Of a stretch of 32,000 bases of DNA, positions 17,304-25,803 are shown in pieces. The translations under genes were made by a program, and so were the position numbers. Position 1 is the first letter of the stretch. Every line of letters starts with the position of its first letter. The notes below the pieces were generated by a model that saw only the letters and a list, made by a program, of their open reading frames with translations, did not search any database and had not been told where the DNA came from. The DNA is from Prevotella phage Lak-A1. Location: the sequence record MK250016.1; one strand, 5' to 3'.

Positions 17304-18387
17304 ACTTAATTATTTCATATAAATTTCTATTGTTATAGTTATTAATAAAATTGTCACAATCTTTCTGTGTAATATTATTAATTGGTATAAATATATCATT
17401 TTTGCGATATATTAATTGCATTGATTCTGGTATTCCTAAACTTTTCTCTAATGCTTTCTTCTTTTTTTGTTCTTTAATATATAAGTCTAATTCTTTTTCT
17501 GTTTTGATATTTTTCATGGGAAAAGGATAACGACATAATTTTTTTTCTTCTTCTAAATAATCGTCACCATTATATATTTCAAAATTATCCGCTTTAGACC
17601 ATATTCTGATATTTGATTTATTAAACGGTAATAGCTTATTATCAATACAATAATCAATAAATGTTTTAATATTAGCTGGATAATATAATTCAGGTAATTT
17701 ATATCTTTTATATCTATTATCTTTATTATCATTTAAACAATATAAACGTTTAGTTTTTTGAAGTTCAACTATTGTATTTCCCTTTAATAAATCTTTATTA
17801 ATCTTTAATATAGGAATTGACATAAAAATAACTTGGTCATCTTCCCAGGCAACATTATATCCGTTTTGTTTTTCTAATTCTTCATCAGCTTCATTAGAAT
17901 TCATAACATATGAATGTTCCTTCCATAATATTCTGGATTGCCTACAATATACTTGAAATACACCAAAATCTAATTTAATAATTCTGAATGTATATGGACC
18001 ATTATTAGGTCTATTTGCTATTTCTTTATTATATTGTTTTATTACTTGTATATATTCCTTATATTTTAAAGAATTAATTGTATCTTGTATCGCAAAATAT
18101 CCTATATTAACTTTGCTTAATTGTGGACAATCTTTAACGAATTTTTGTATATCGAATAAACGGTCCAAATCCCATGAATAACTATTATCTTTCCACTCAG
18201 CTTCAAAATTATTTTGTTTTAAGTTATCATATATATCTTTACGAATATCATTTTTAAATTTTGTACAATAATCTTTAATTGTATGACAACTCCAATATTT
18301 TTTAATTGTGGTAATTTGTTTTTGAGATGGATGCTTTTTTATCACCCATCTCAACCATTCATTTATATCTATAATTTTATTATCCAT
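17296..18387 (-). CDS. hypothetical protein (363 aa)
   Basis: ORF track; adjacent to the formate-THF ligase gene. Confidence 0.8.
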   Translation of the reverse strand: MDNKIIDINEWLRWVIKKHPSQKQITTIKKYWSCHTIKDYCTKFKNDIRKDIYDNLKQNNFEAEWKDNSYSWDLDRLFDIQKFVKDCPQLSKVNIGYFAIQDTINSLKYKEYIQVIKQYNKEIANRPNNGPYTFRIIKLDFGVFQVYCRQSRILWKEHSYVMNSNEADEELEKQNGYNVAWEDDQVIFMSIPILKINKDLLKGNTIVELQKTKRLYCLNDNKDNRYKRYKLPELYYPANIKTFIDYCIDNKLLPFNKSNIRIWSKADNFEIYNGDDYLEEEKKLCRYPFPMKNIKTEKELDLYIKEQKKKKALEKSLGIPESMQLIYRKNDIFIPINNITQKDCDNFINNYNNRNLYEIIKYE

Positions 18388-18391
18388 ATAA

Positions 18392-20107
18392 TCAATTCAA
18401 ACCTGTTACTTTTCCATCTACAAAATCAATATGCTTAGCTGCTGGTTCTTTAGGTAATCCTGGCATACGCATCATATTTCCTGCAATAACAACAAAAAAT
18501 TCTGCACCATTATTAATCTTTATTTCATCTATATTAAATATTGTATTATTATTTACAGATGGAATAACCTTAGGATTATCAGAGAATGAATATTGTGTTT
18601 TTGCCATGCAAATAGGATATTCATAAATTTCATTAATAAATTCATCTTCATGATTTTCATATGTTCTATCAAATCTTGAAATAAATTTTAATGCATCTTT
18701 TGAATATCTTATATTATCTGGATTAATACCATATACATTTTTACATAGATCCGCAATTTTTTCCTTCATACTATCTAATGTATGATATGCAAAAATAGGT
18801 AACATTGGTTTCCTATTATTGTCTACAATATCAACAACCTCTTTTGCAAGATCAATAGCACCATCACTGCCATTTAAATAACTTGTATTCTTAATACATT
18901 TTACATTTCTACATGTACAGAAATTCTCAAGAATACGCTGTTCATTATTTGTATCAGTATCAAATACATTATTTGTTACAACAATTCTTACACCAAATTT
19001 CTTAATATTTGTAATATGTTGTTCAAGATTCTTTAATCCAATTTCAAGTGATTTAATATCTTCTTTAGATAGATCTGTACATCCACCTTGATTTTTCAAT
19101 CCTGGAATTGTCGCAACTAATACTACAACATCTGGACATAAACCATTCTTTCTACATTTAATATCTATAAATTTCTCTGCACCAAGATCTGAACCAAATC
19201 CTGCTTCAGTAACCACATAATCACATAATGATAAACCCATACGTGTCGCAATAACAGAATTACAACCATGAGCAATATTAGCAAATGGTCCACCATGAAC
19301 AATAACAGGATTATTATCCAAACTTTGAACAAGATTTGGTTTAATTGCATCTGATAGTAAAGCAACAATAGAACCTGTTATACCTAATTCACTGCAGAAC
19401 ATAAAACTACCATCTATACGTTCTGCAATAATAATCTTATTGATACGTCTGCGAAGATCATCAATATCACGTGCCATACAGAAAACTGCCATTAATTCAG
19501 AAGCGGGTGTAATATCAAATCCTGTTTGAATTAATTTACCATATTTCTGTGTTGTATATATTGTTCGAAGAGAACGATCATTAATATCTAAACAACGTCT
19601 AAATGTAATATTTTTAATTTTTGATTCTTCTTCTGGATTCTGATAAAAATAATTATCAATAGCAGCTGCAATCATATTATTTGCAGTTGTTATAGCATGA
19701 AAATCTCCTGTAAAATGTAAATTAATTTTATCCATAGGAACAATCTGTGAATAACCACCACCACATGCACCTCCTTTCATTCCGAAACAAGGTCCTAATG
19801 ATGGTTCGCGTAACACCGCGATTGAATTTTTCTTGAGTTTTCGAAGTGCATCATTCAATCCAATACTTACAGTTGTTTTACCAATACCAGATTTAGTAGG
19901 ACTAATAGAAGTAACAAGAATAAGATGTTTATCTGTATAACTTGTATACGGTTTCATTAATTCCAAAGGAATCTTTCCCATATACTTTCCATACATTTCA
20001 ATATTTCCATTTGATGGTATATTACCTGTAGGAAATAATTTATTAAAAACACAATCAATACTTTGCATAGATGCTTCTTGAGCAATCTGAATATCTGATT
20101 TCATCAT
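18392..20107 (-). CDS. fhs: formate--tetrahydrofolate ligase (571 aa)
   Basis: VTSISPTKSGIGKTTVSIGLNDAL (P-loop region), REPSLGPCFGMKGGACGGGYSQIVPMDKINLHFTGDFHAITTANNMIAAAIDN, GFGSDLGAEKFIDIKCR, C-terminal MRMPGLPKEPAA. No in-frame TAG. Confidence 0.93.
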   Translation of the reverse strand: MMKSDIQIAQEASMQSIDCVFNKLFPTGNIPSNGNIEMYGKYMGKIPLELMKPYTSYTDKHLILVTSISPTKSGIGKTTVSIGLNDALRKLKKNSIAVLREPSLGPCFGMKGGACGGGYSQIVPMDKINLHFTGDFHAITTANNMIAAAIDNYFYQNPEEESKIKNITFRRCLDINDRSLRTIYTTQKYGKLIQTGFDITPASELMAVFCMARDIDDLRRRINKIIIAERIDGSFMFCSELGITGSIVALLSDAIKPNLVQSLDNNPVIVHGGPFANIAHGCNSVIATRMGLSLCDYVVTEAGFGSDLGAEKFIDIKCRKNGLCPDVVVLVATIPGLKNQGGCTDLSKEDIKSLEIGLKNLEQHITNIKKFGVRIVVTNNVFDTDTNNEQRILENFCTCRNVKCIKNTSYLNGSDGAIDLAKEVVDIVDNNRKPMLPIFAYHTLDSMKEKIADLCKNVYGINPDNIRYSKDALKFISRFDRTYENHEDEFINEIYEYPICMAKTQYSFSDNPKVIPSVNNNTIFNIDEIKINNGAEFFVVIAGNMMRMPGLPKEPAAKHIDFVDGKVTGLN

Positions 20108-20175
20108 AAATTTTTTTATTATAAATTCAACTTACTTTTTATACAATAAATTATATAAAAAGTTATATAAAAATT

Positions 20176-20209
20176 ATAGGAGAATAACAAACGAATGTTA
20201 TTCTCCTAT
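20176..20209 (-). terminator. terminator
   Basis: 13-bp stem ataggagaataac/gttattctcctat downstream of the 20269..20775 gene. Confidence 0.75.
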
Positions 20210-20268
20210 GTTTATTATATTAAATTATGTTTGTATCTGAATTTAAACGTATTCACAAAGTTATTTAA

Positions 20269-20775
20269 TTAATCGTTAAAACATTTACAATTTATTGTCC
20301 TCCATTCAGTATCACCTGATAATTCTCCTGTTTTAAACTTTTCATAAAATGGACAAATTCCTTTACCATTATATTCATGTCCTTCTGATGTTAAATCACC
20401 TGGAAAATTATCACAATTACAACAGAGATCTTCAAATCTGTATGGATTATCTTTATTTTCCATATATTCATCAAGTTCTTCTTGATCTTCTTTTGAAAGT
20501 TTCCTGTCATTTAATCGTTTTTTATGTTCTTCTTTAATATCAAAACGTTTATTATCTGTCATTACAGTTCCTGTATTTTTTATCAATACACCAAATCTGT
20601 CTTTTGTAAAATTCTGCCATGATTCAGCAGGGTTTTCACGTATAGATTTTATTGTTCTTGGTTTCTTCTGCTTAATGGGAGAAATGTAATTCCATAATAC
20701 ATGTGAATTCCAGAGTTTCTTTAATCGTGAAATCCACTTTTTCTTCTGACGATAACGTCGCTCGGCTCTATCCAT
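20269..20775 (-). CDS. hypothetical Cys-containing protein
   Basis: ORF track; C-terminal CCNCDNFPGD...GKGICPFYEKF...INCKCF suggests metal binding. Confidence 0.7.
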   Translation of the reverse strand: MDRAERRYRQKKKWISRLKKLWNSHVLWNYISPIKQKKPRTIKSIRENPAESWQNFTKDRFGVLIKNTGTVMTDNKRFDIKEEHKKRLNDRKLSKEDQEELDEYMENKDNPYRFEDLCCNCDNFPGDLTSEGHEYNGKGICPFYEKFKTGELSGDTEWRTINCKCFND

Positions 20776-20939
20776 ATTCTTTTGATATAAAAATTTTAAA
20801 TCATATACATGTCAGTAACATATATATTAATCCCAAAATTACAAACATAATTATTACCTATATAATGGAAATTATGTGAATACGTATATCTTTATTCATT
20901 CAATAAAATAAATTTTATATATTATACTTAGAAAGTATA

Positions 20940-21461
20940 TTAATGTCTTAATGTTCTTTCAGAAAGTAAAACATCAAGCTTATTATTCATATCTAAAATT
21001 TGATTTTTCAAATCTCCAATACACTATATCTGCTCTTTGTTTTCTATCAAAAATTGTTGAATTTTTTTAAGTTTTTCATCAAAAATTATCTAATTTTTCT
21101 CAATTTTTTCAATGTTTTCTTTATCCTATTGTTTTTCTGCAATAAATTTAACAATCTCTATTAATGCATCATTATCTAATATATTAAATGACATTGTTTT
21201 GATTTCTTTGTCATTATAATCTACATATTTTACATCTATATGATTAATATAATTTTTACTATATGATAACATACTACCAGATGCACCACCTGCTATTAAA
21301 TTAATATCCAATATACGAGATGATATTATTTCACCATTTGAAACAATAACACCTGATTTTGTTATAGGATCTTCACCAAAGCAGAATAAATTACTTTTAT
21401 ATGCACCAATACGTTTAAGTACATTCTTTACATTTCCTTTTGCGAATATAATATCACTCAT
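20940..21461 (-). CDS. hypothetical protein, 173 aa with 3 in-frame TAG near the C-terminus; coiled-coil-like tail
   Basis: Track ORF 21126..21461 continues past TAG: ...IAEKQQDKENIEKIEKNQIIFDEKLKKIQQFLIENKEQIQCIGDLKNQILDMNNKLDVLLSERTLRH*. Confidence 0.75.
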
Positions 21462-21535
21462 TATTAAAGTAACTATTTCTTTATTCTATTTATTGATTTT
21501 TAATAAATATATAAAGTTTATTTTAATTAAAGAAG

Positions 21536-21982
21536 ATGAATAATAATCAATACGAAATACTACCAACTGCAAAATCTAATATTAATGCATATAACCGTTA
21601 TCCATTTACATGTTATGAAGAAGCAGTTCAGAATATTATGTAGAAAAATTTAAAACCTGGAGAATAGGCTGTTGCATATTATTTTGATGAAAATTCTATT
21701 ATAGGTATAAGTGCAATAACTGCATTTGGAAATTTAAAAAAAGCAGGAAATATTATTTTTAAAAGTGGTCAGGATCTCGATAGAGATCTAGAACATTTGC
21801 ATAAAGATGTTGTTATGCACAAAAAGGTAATTAATAATATGGTTGATACTATTAATCATGCAAATAAAAACTGGTCATAGATTGAAGGTAGAATTAAAAA
21901 AATAGAATAGAAATTTGATAAAGAACATGATACATTACATGTACAAGTAATCGATTTAGATAATTATGATTTAGATGTTTAA
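21536..21982 (+). CDS. hypothetical protein, 148 aa with 4 in-frame TAG; not in ORF track
   Basis: ATG 21536 to TAA 21982 with only TAG interruptions: MNNNQYEILPTAKSNINAYNRYPFTCYEEAVQNIMQKNLKPGEQAVAYYFDENSIIGISAITAFGNLKKAGNIIFKSGQDLDRDLEHLHKDVVMHKKVINNMVDTINHANKNWSQIEGRIKKIEQKF... Confidence 0.75.
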
Positions 21983-22038
21983 AATAATAAAGGATTATAA
22001 CTCAATAAAAATGAATTATAATCCTTTATTTGTTTCTT

Positions 22039-22221
22039 TTAAAATAAAGACGCAATCTTTCCTTTAATGTGATTTTTAACATCACTAATAATTGTAATTT
22101 TCTTCGTATCCTTCTTTTTCTCAGGAACGAAATTAAATTGTGGAGTCACATCAAAATCCAAACCTTTTGAAGGACATCCAGGACAAATCTTTACCCGCCG
22201 CGGTGCCATTTTCTTTACCAT
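22039..22221 (-). CDS. small hypothetical protein with CPGC motif
   Basis: ORF track. Confidence 0.6.
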   Translation of the reverse strand: MVKKMAPRRVKICPGCPSKGLDFDVTPQFNFVPEKKKDTKKITIISDVKNHIKGKIASLF

Positions 22222-22254
22222 TAGTTTCCTCTAAAAATTTAATTATTAAAATAT

Positions 22255-22626
22255 TTATTTTTCTTTTGTAAGATCCTTCAAGTTGAAGATCTTAGTCTTT
22301 AATGGTTCAACTTCTTTACCATCTATTACTTCATACATAGAAAATACATATTTATCAGTAAAACCTTGACATTTCCCCAATACAACACCTTTAAATATTT
22401 TTTCGGATGGTTTATGAAAAACTTTCATTTTTATTTTTTCATTATCTAATAGTCTAGATTGTCTATCTAAAAATGATTGAGTTAATACATAATCATCTTC
22501 AACTTCATTTGATGTGTCATCTTCATTTTCATTTGATGTATCTTCAGTATCATCTTCATTTTCTACATCCTGAAGATACATCATTTCTTCTAAATCTATA
22601 TTAGCTTCGTCGTACATGTTAAACAT
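22255..22626 (-). CDS. hypothetical acidic protein
   Basis: ORF track. Confidence 0.7.
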   Translation of the reverse strand: MFNMYDEANIDLEEMMYLQDVENEDDTEDTSNENEDDTSNEVEDDYVLTQSFLDRQSRLLDNEKIKMKVFHKPSEKIFKGVVLGKCQGFTDKYVFSMYEVIDGKEVEPLKTKIFNLKDLTKEK

Positions 22627-22687
22627 AGTTGTTAGATTATTTTATAAATTTAATTTGTTTATTTATACAACAATCTAAAATTAATTT

Positions 22688-23500
22688 TTAATAGTAGTCA
22701 GATAACTTAATTTGTGATTCATATACATTATCATTTTTATAATCAATTCTGTCATTTTTATCATTTCTTATATCTGATAAAATTTCTTTCTTATCTGCTT
22801 GAATAACCAAAGGAATTGTAGAAATGTAAGAATTAATTATTTTATCATTTATCGGTGCTTTATATAATGGTCCATCTGCAACCCAGAAAAACTTATCCAT
22901 AAATGCAATATAATATTGCATGCCTATCCTAGATAATGCATACATAGAAGCATTCCATAATGCAACATCTTTATGAGTCGTCCAATATATATTATCATCA
23001 TATTTTTCTAATATATTTTTTGCACGTGGATCTGTAGTAAATCCTCCAAATTGAAGTATATCATAATCTACAGGTATATTATGAATAAAAGTTAAAAAAG
23101 TCTCATTATTTTTTAAAAATTTTATATCATCTTCCATTACTAATATATTAGAAAATCCTCTATCATAACATTCTTTTACAATTGCATAATGATTTCTTGC
23201 ACAATCATATTCATTTGCTTTTGTAAATCTACCTTTTCCAGATTCATTAAATGCAGATGCTATTAAACTATTATAAGGAAATTTTGTCGTATAATGATAA
23301 CGTAACCATGTACTTTCATTAATATTATCAAAATTCATTTCCTTAAATTGTGTTTCCATATTATTTCTGCGATCTTTTCGATCACTTAAGTTTAATACAT
23401 AACATATATCAAACTTTTCTTTTAATACATCTTGTAATTTTTCCATAATAATAAAAAACTCTAATAGATAAATGTTAAAAATATCTATTAGAGCATACAT
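22688..23500 (-). CDS. glycosyltransferase family 25-like protein
   Basis: YVLNLSDRKDRRNNMETQF... NILVMEDDIKFLKNNETF ...YDILQFGG: GT25/LPS-type N-terminus and EDD motif. Confidence 0.7.
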   Translation of the reverse strand: MYALIDIFNIYLLEFFIIMEKLQDVLKEKFDICYVLNLSDRKDRRNNMETQFKEMNFDNINESTWLRYHYTTKFPYNSLIASAFNESGKGRFTKANEYDCARNHYAIVKECYDRGFSNILVMEDDIKFLKNNETFLTFIHNIPVDYDILQFGGFTTDPRAKNILEKYDDNIYWTTHKDVALWNASMYALSRIGMQYYIAFMDKFFWVADGPLYKAPINDKIINSYISTIPLVIQADKKEILSDIRNDKNDRIDYKNDNVYESQIKLSDYY

Positions 23501-23501
23501 T

Positions 23502-24047
23502 TTACATTTTTAATATATCTTGCATATTAACTGGTTCTGTATTGGTATTTTTAGATTTTCTTATTATTTGTTTCACTTGTGGTTGTTCAAAATAAATACC
23601 ACTTTTATTATATTTACCTTTATCATATGCTCGTTCAATAGCTTTACGAACTCTACGCTTTGTTTTACCATCCATCATATAATGATGCTGCTGATAATAA
23701 AGTTCACCTTGCTGATACATCATAGATTCAATAAACTGCTTTCTCTGCTCATGCTTTTGCTTTGTTTTTTCTCTTATATCTGATTCTGATTTTGCTTTTG
23801 CAATAGCTGCTTGTGTAATAAGAGTATTCATACCAGATTCTTCATTTAACGTCTCTACTTGCTTATCTAAATTATTATCAATAGGTGTACCTGGAATTAC
23901 TGTATTACCATCATCATATGCATATGATCTTTCAATTCTATCTTGTACTTTATCTTTAGATAACAACATTTTATTTAATGTTTCATTATCAATAACTGAA
24001 CCATTCTCAGTAATATAATTATTTAATGTGTTACTATATGCGGGCAT
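23502..24047 (-). CDS. hypothetical protein (181 aa)
   Basis: ORF track. Confidence 0.75.
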   Translation of the reverse strand: MPAYSNTLNNYITENGSVIDNETLNKMLLSKDKVQDRIERSYAYDDGNTVIPGTPIDNNLDKQVETLNEESGMNTLITQAAIAKAKSESDIREKTKQKHEQRKQFIESMMYQQGELYYQQHHYMMDGKTKRRVRKAIERAYDKGKYNKSGIYFEQPQVKQIIRKSKNTNTEPVNMQDILKM

Positions 24048-24071
24048 AATTTATTAATTGTATTTTTTAAT

Positions 24072-24458
24072 TTAAAATGAATGTATATTATTATCAAGAC
24101 TTGTCATTTCAGATGCTTTAAATTTACCATAAATCTTATTCCATCCTTTTGATAAACCGTTACATAACATACTGGTATAATATGCAAATGGATTACTAAA
24201 TCGTTCTGGATCAAAGCTTCGCCAATACATTGCAACATCCAACATTGCTGTCTGTATACAATCTTCCTTATCCTCTTGACATTTATAATGTTTCTTTTTT
24301 GCTAAATTTTCAGCAATTAACTAAAGCATGACAACAGCATTATATGTAAGTTCATCTCTCTATTTTGAAAGAACTATTTCTTTCATCAACTCTTTATTCT
24401 ACACATATGGTTTTCCACCTTTAGTTTTAATACCTTCTACTTTACTAAAATCTTCCAT
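24072..24458 (-). CDS. T4 gp55-like late sigma factor (tentative), 128 aa with 3 in-frame TAG
   Basis: Not in ORF track. Read-through: MEDFSKVEGIKTKGGKPYVQNKELMKEIVLSKQRDELTYNAVVMLQLIAENLAKKKHYKCQEDKEDCIQTAMLDVAMYWRSFDPERFSNPFAYYTSMLCNGLSKGWNKIYG...; FDPExxxNPFAYxT resembles sigma region 2 of gp55 homologues. Confidence 0.7.
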
Positions 24459-24522
24459 GGTTTTTAAATAAAAATAGCTATTTCTTATTTTACTAAGAAA
24501 TAGCTAAAAAGTTTTAATAAAT

Positions 24523-25608
24523 TCATTTATTAATTGCTTCCAAATGTTCTTTTTCATTAGGTGTTAAATTATCAGGAATCAAATAATGTACGCATACAAA
24601 ATAATCTCCTCTTTGATTCATATCAGGTCGTTTAAGACCTTCACCAGATAATCGCATAACTGTACCTTCTTTAATACAACTCTGCAACTTTATTGTTTTT
24701 GATACACCAGAAGGTATATTAACTGTATATGAACAACCAAGTAATAGTTTATAATAAGGTACATGAATATGCTCTATTACATTCAAACCATCAACTTGAT
24801 ATTTGTTTGTATCAAATTTATAATCAGCTATAGCAATAAAATTACCATTCTGCCCAACTGATTTCTTTGATTCTGATCCTTTACCACTATATACTTTATA
24901 TTCACCATTCTGAATGCCTGTATTAAATTCAATTTCAATCTTTACTTCTTGCTTTTCAAATCCAGAACCACCACAATGATTACATTTATTTTCTACATAA
25001 AAACCTGTTCCATGACATAATGGACAAATTTCTTCTTGAATTGAAAATGTTCCTCTTCCTATAAGAGACTGGTGAATAATTTTTCCTGCACCATGACACT
25101 TTGGACATGTTTTCTGTCCAGTTCCACCAGCACCATGACATGACGGACAACGTACATCTCTCTTATATTTAACAACCTTCTTAATACCATTAAATATATC
25201 TTCAATAGTAACAGGAATTTTCATTTGAATATCTCTGCCTGGTTGAACTTGATTTCTCTGTTGTTTAGCACCTCCAAAACCGCTAAATCCTCCAAATGGA
25301 TTAAATCCTCCAAATGGATCAAAACCCGATCCACCAAATGGATCAAAACCTGAACCACCAAATGGATTTTGCTGACCATTTTCATCACCATATGTATCAT
25401 AATTCTGTTTCTTCTGTGGATCACTCAATACTTCATATGCATGATTCACATCCTTAAATTTCTCTTCAGCTTCTTTTACTTCAGATGGTGATTTACCTTT
25501 CTGCATATCAGGATGATATTTCTTTGAAAGTTTTCTATATGCTGTCTTTAAGTCTTTCTCATTACAATCTCTAGAAACACCTAAAATTTCGTATAAGTCT
25601 TTTGCCAT
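24523..25608 (-). CDS. dnaJ: DnaJ co-chaperone (361 aa)
   Basis: J domain with YRKLSKKYHPD, Gly/Phe-rich region, four zinc-binding CxxCxGxG repeats (CPSCHGAG, CPKCHGAG, CPLCHGTG, CNHCGGSG). Confidence 0.96.
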   Translation of the reverse strand: MAKDLYEILGVSRDCNEKDLKTAYRKLSKKYHPDMQKGKSPSEVKEAEEKFKDVNHAYEVLSDPQKKQNYDTYGDENGQQNPFGGSGFDPFGGSGFDPFGGFNPFGGFSGFGGAKQQRNQVQPGRDIQMKIPVTIEDIFNGIKKVVKYKRDVRCPSCHGAGGTGQKTCPKCHGAGKIIHQSLIGRGTFSIQEEICPLCHGTGFYVENKCNHCGGSGFEKQEVKIEIEFNTGIQNGEYKVYSGKGSESKKSVGQNGNFIAIADYKFDTNKYQVDGLNVIEHIHVPYYKLLLGCSYTVNIPSGVSKTIKLQSCIKEGTVMRLSGEGLKRPDMNQRGDYFVCVHYLIPDNLTPNEKEHLEAINK

Positions 25609-25763
25609 ATTTAATAACTATATAATAACATTTAAAATAAAAAGGGAACTGAATACAATCCTCTTGTATACGTTCCCTTCTTCAAATACTTTTACTCACT
25701 TTTTATAGTTTTCATTTATTCTAAATTAAAATATTGTATTCTATTATTTTATAGAATTTTTAG

Positions 25764-25793
25764 AAGTTAGTCTATAAATTTATAGACTAACTT
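25764..25793 (-). terminator. palindrome immediately downstream of dnaK, likely terminator or attenuator
   Basis: 30-nt perfect palindrome aagttagtctataaatttatagactaactt. Confidence 0.6.
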
Positions 25794-25803
25794 TTATATC
25801 TTT

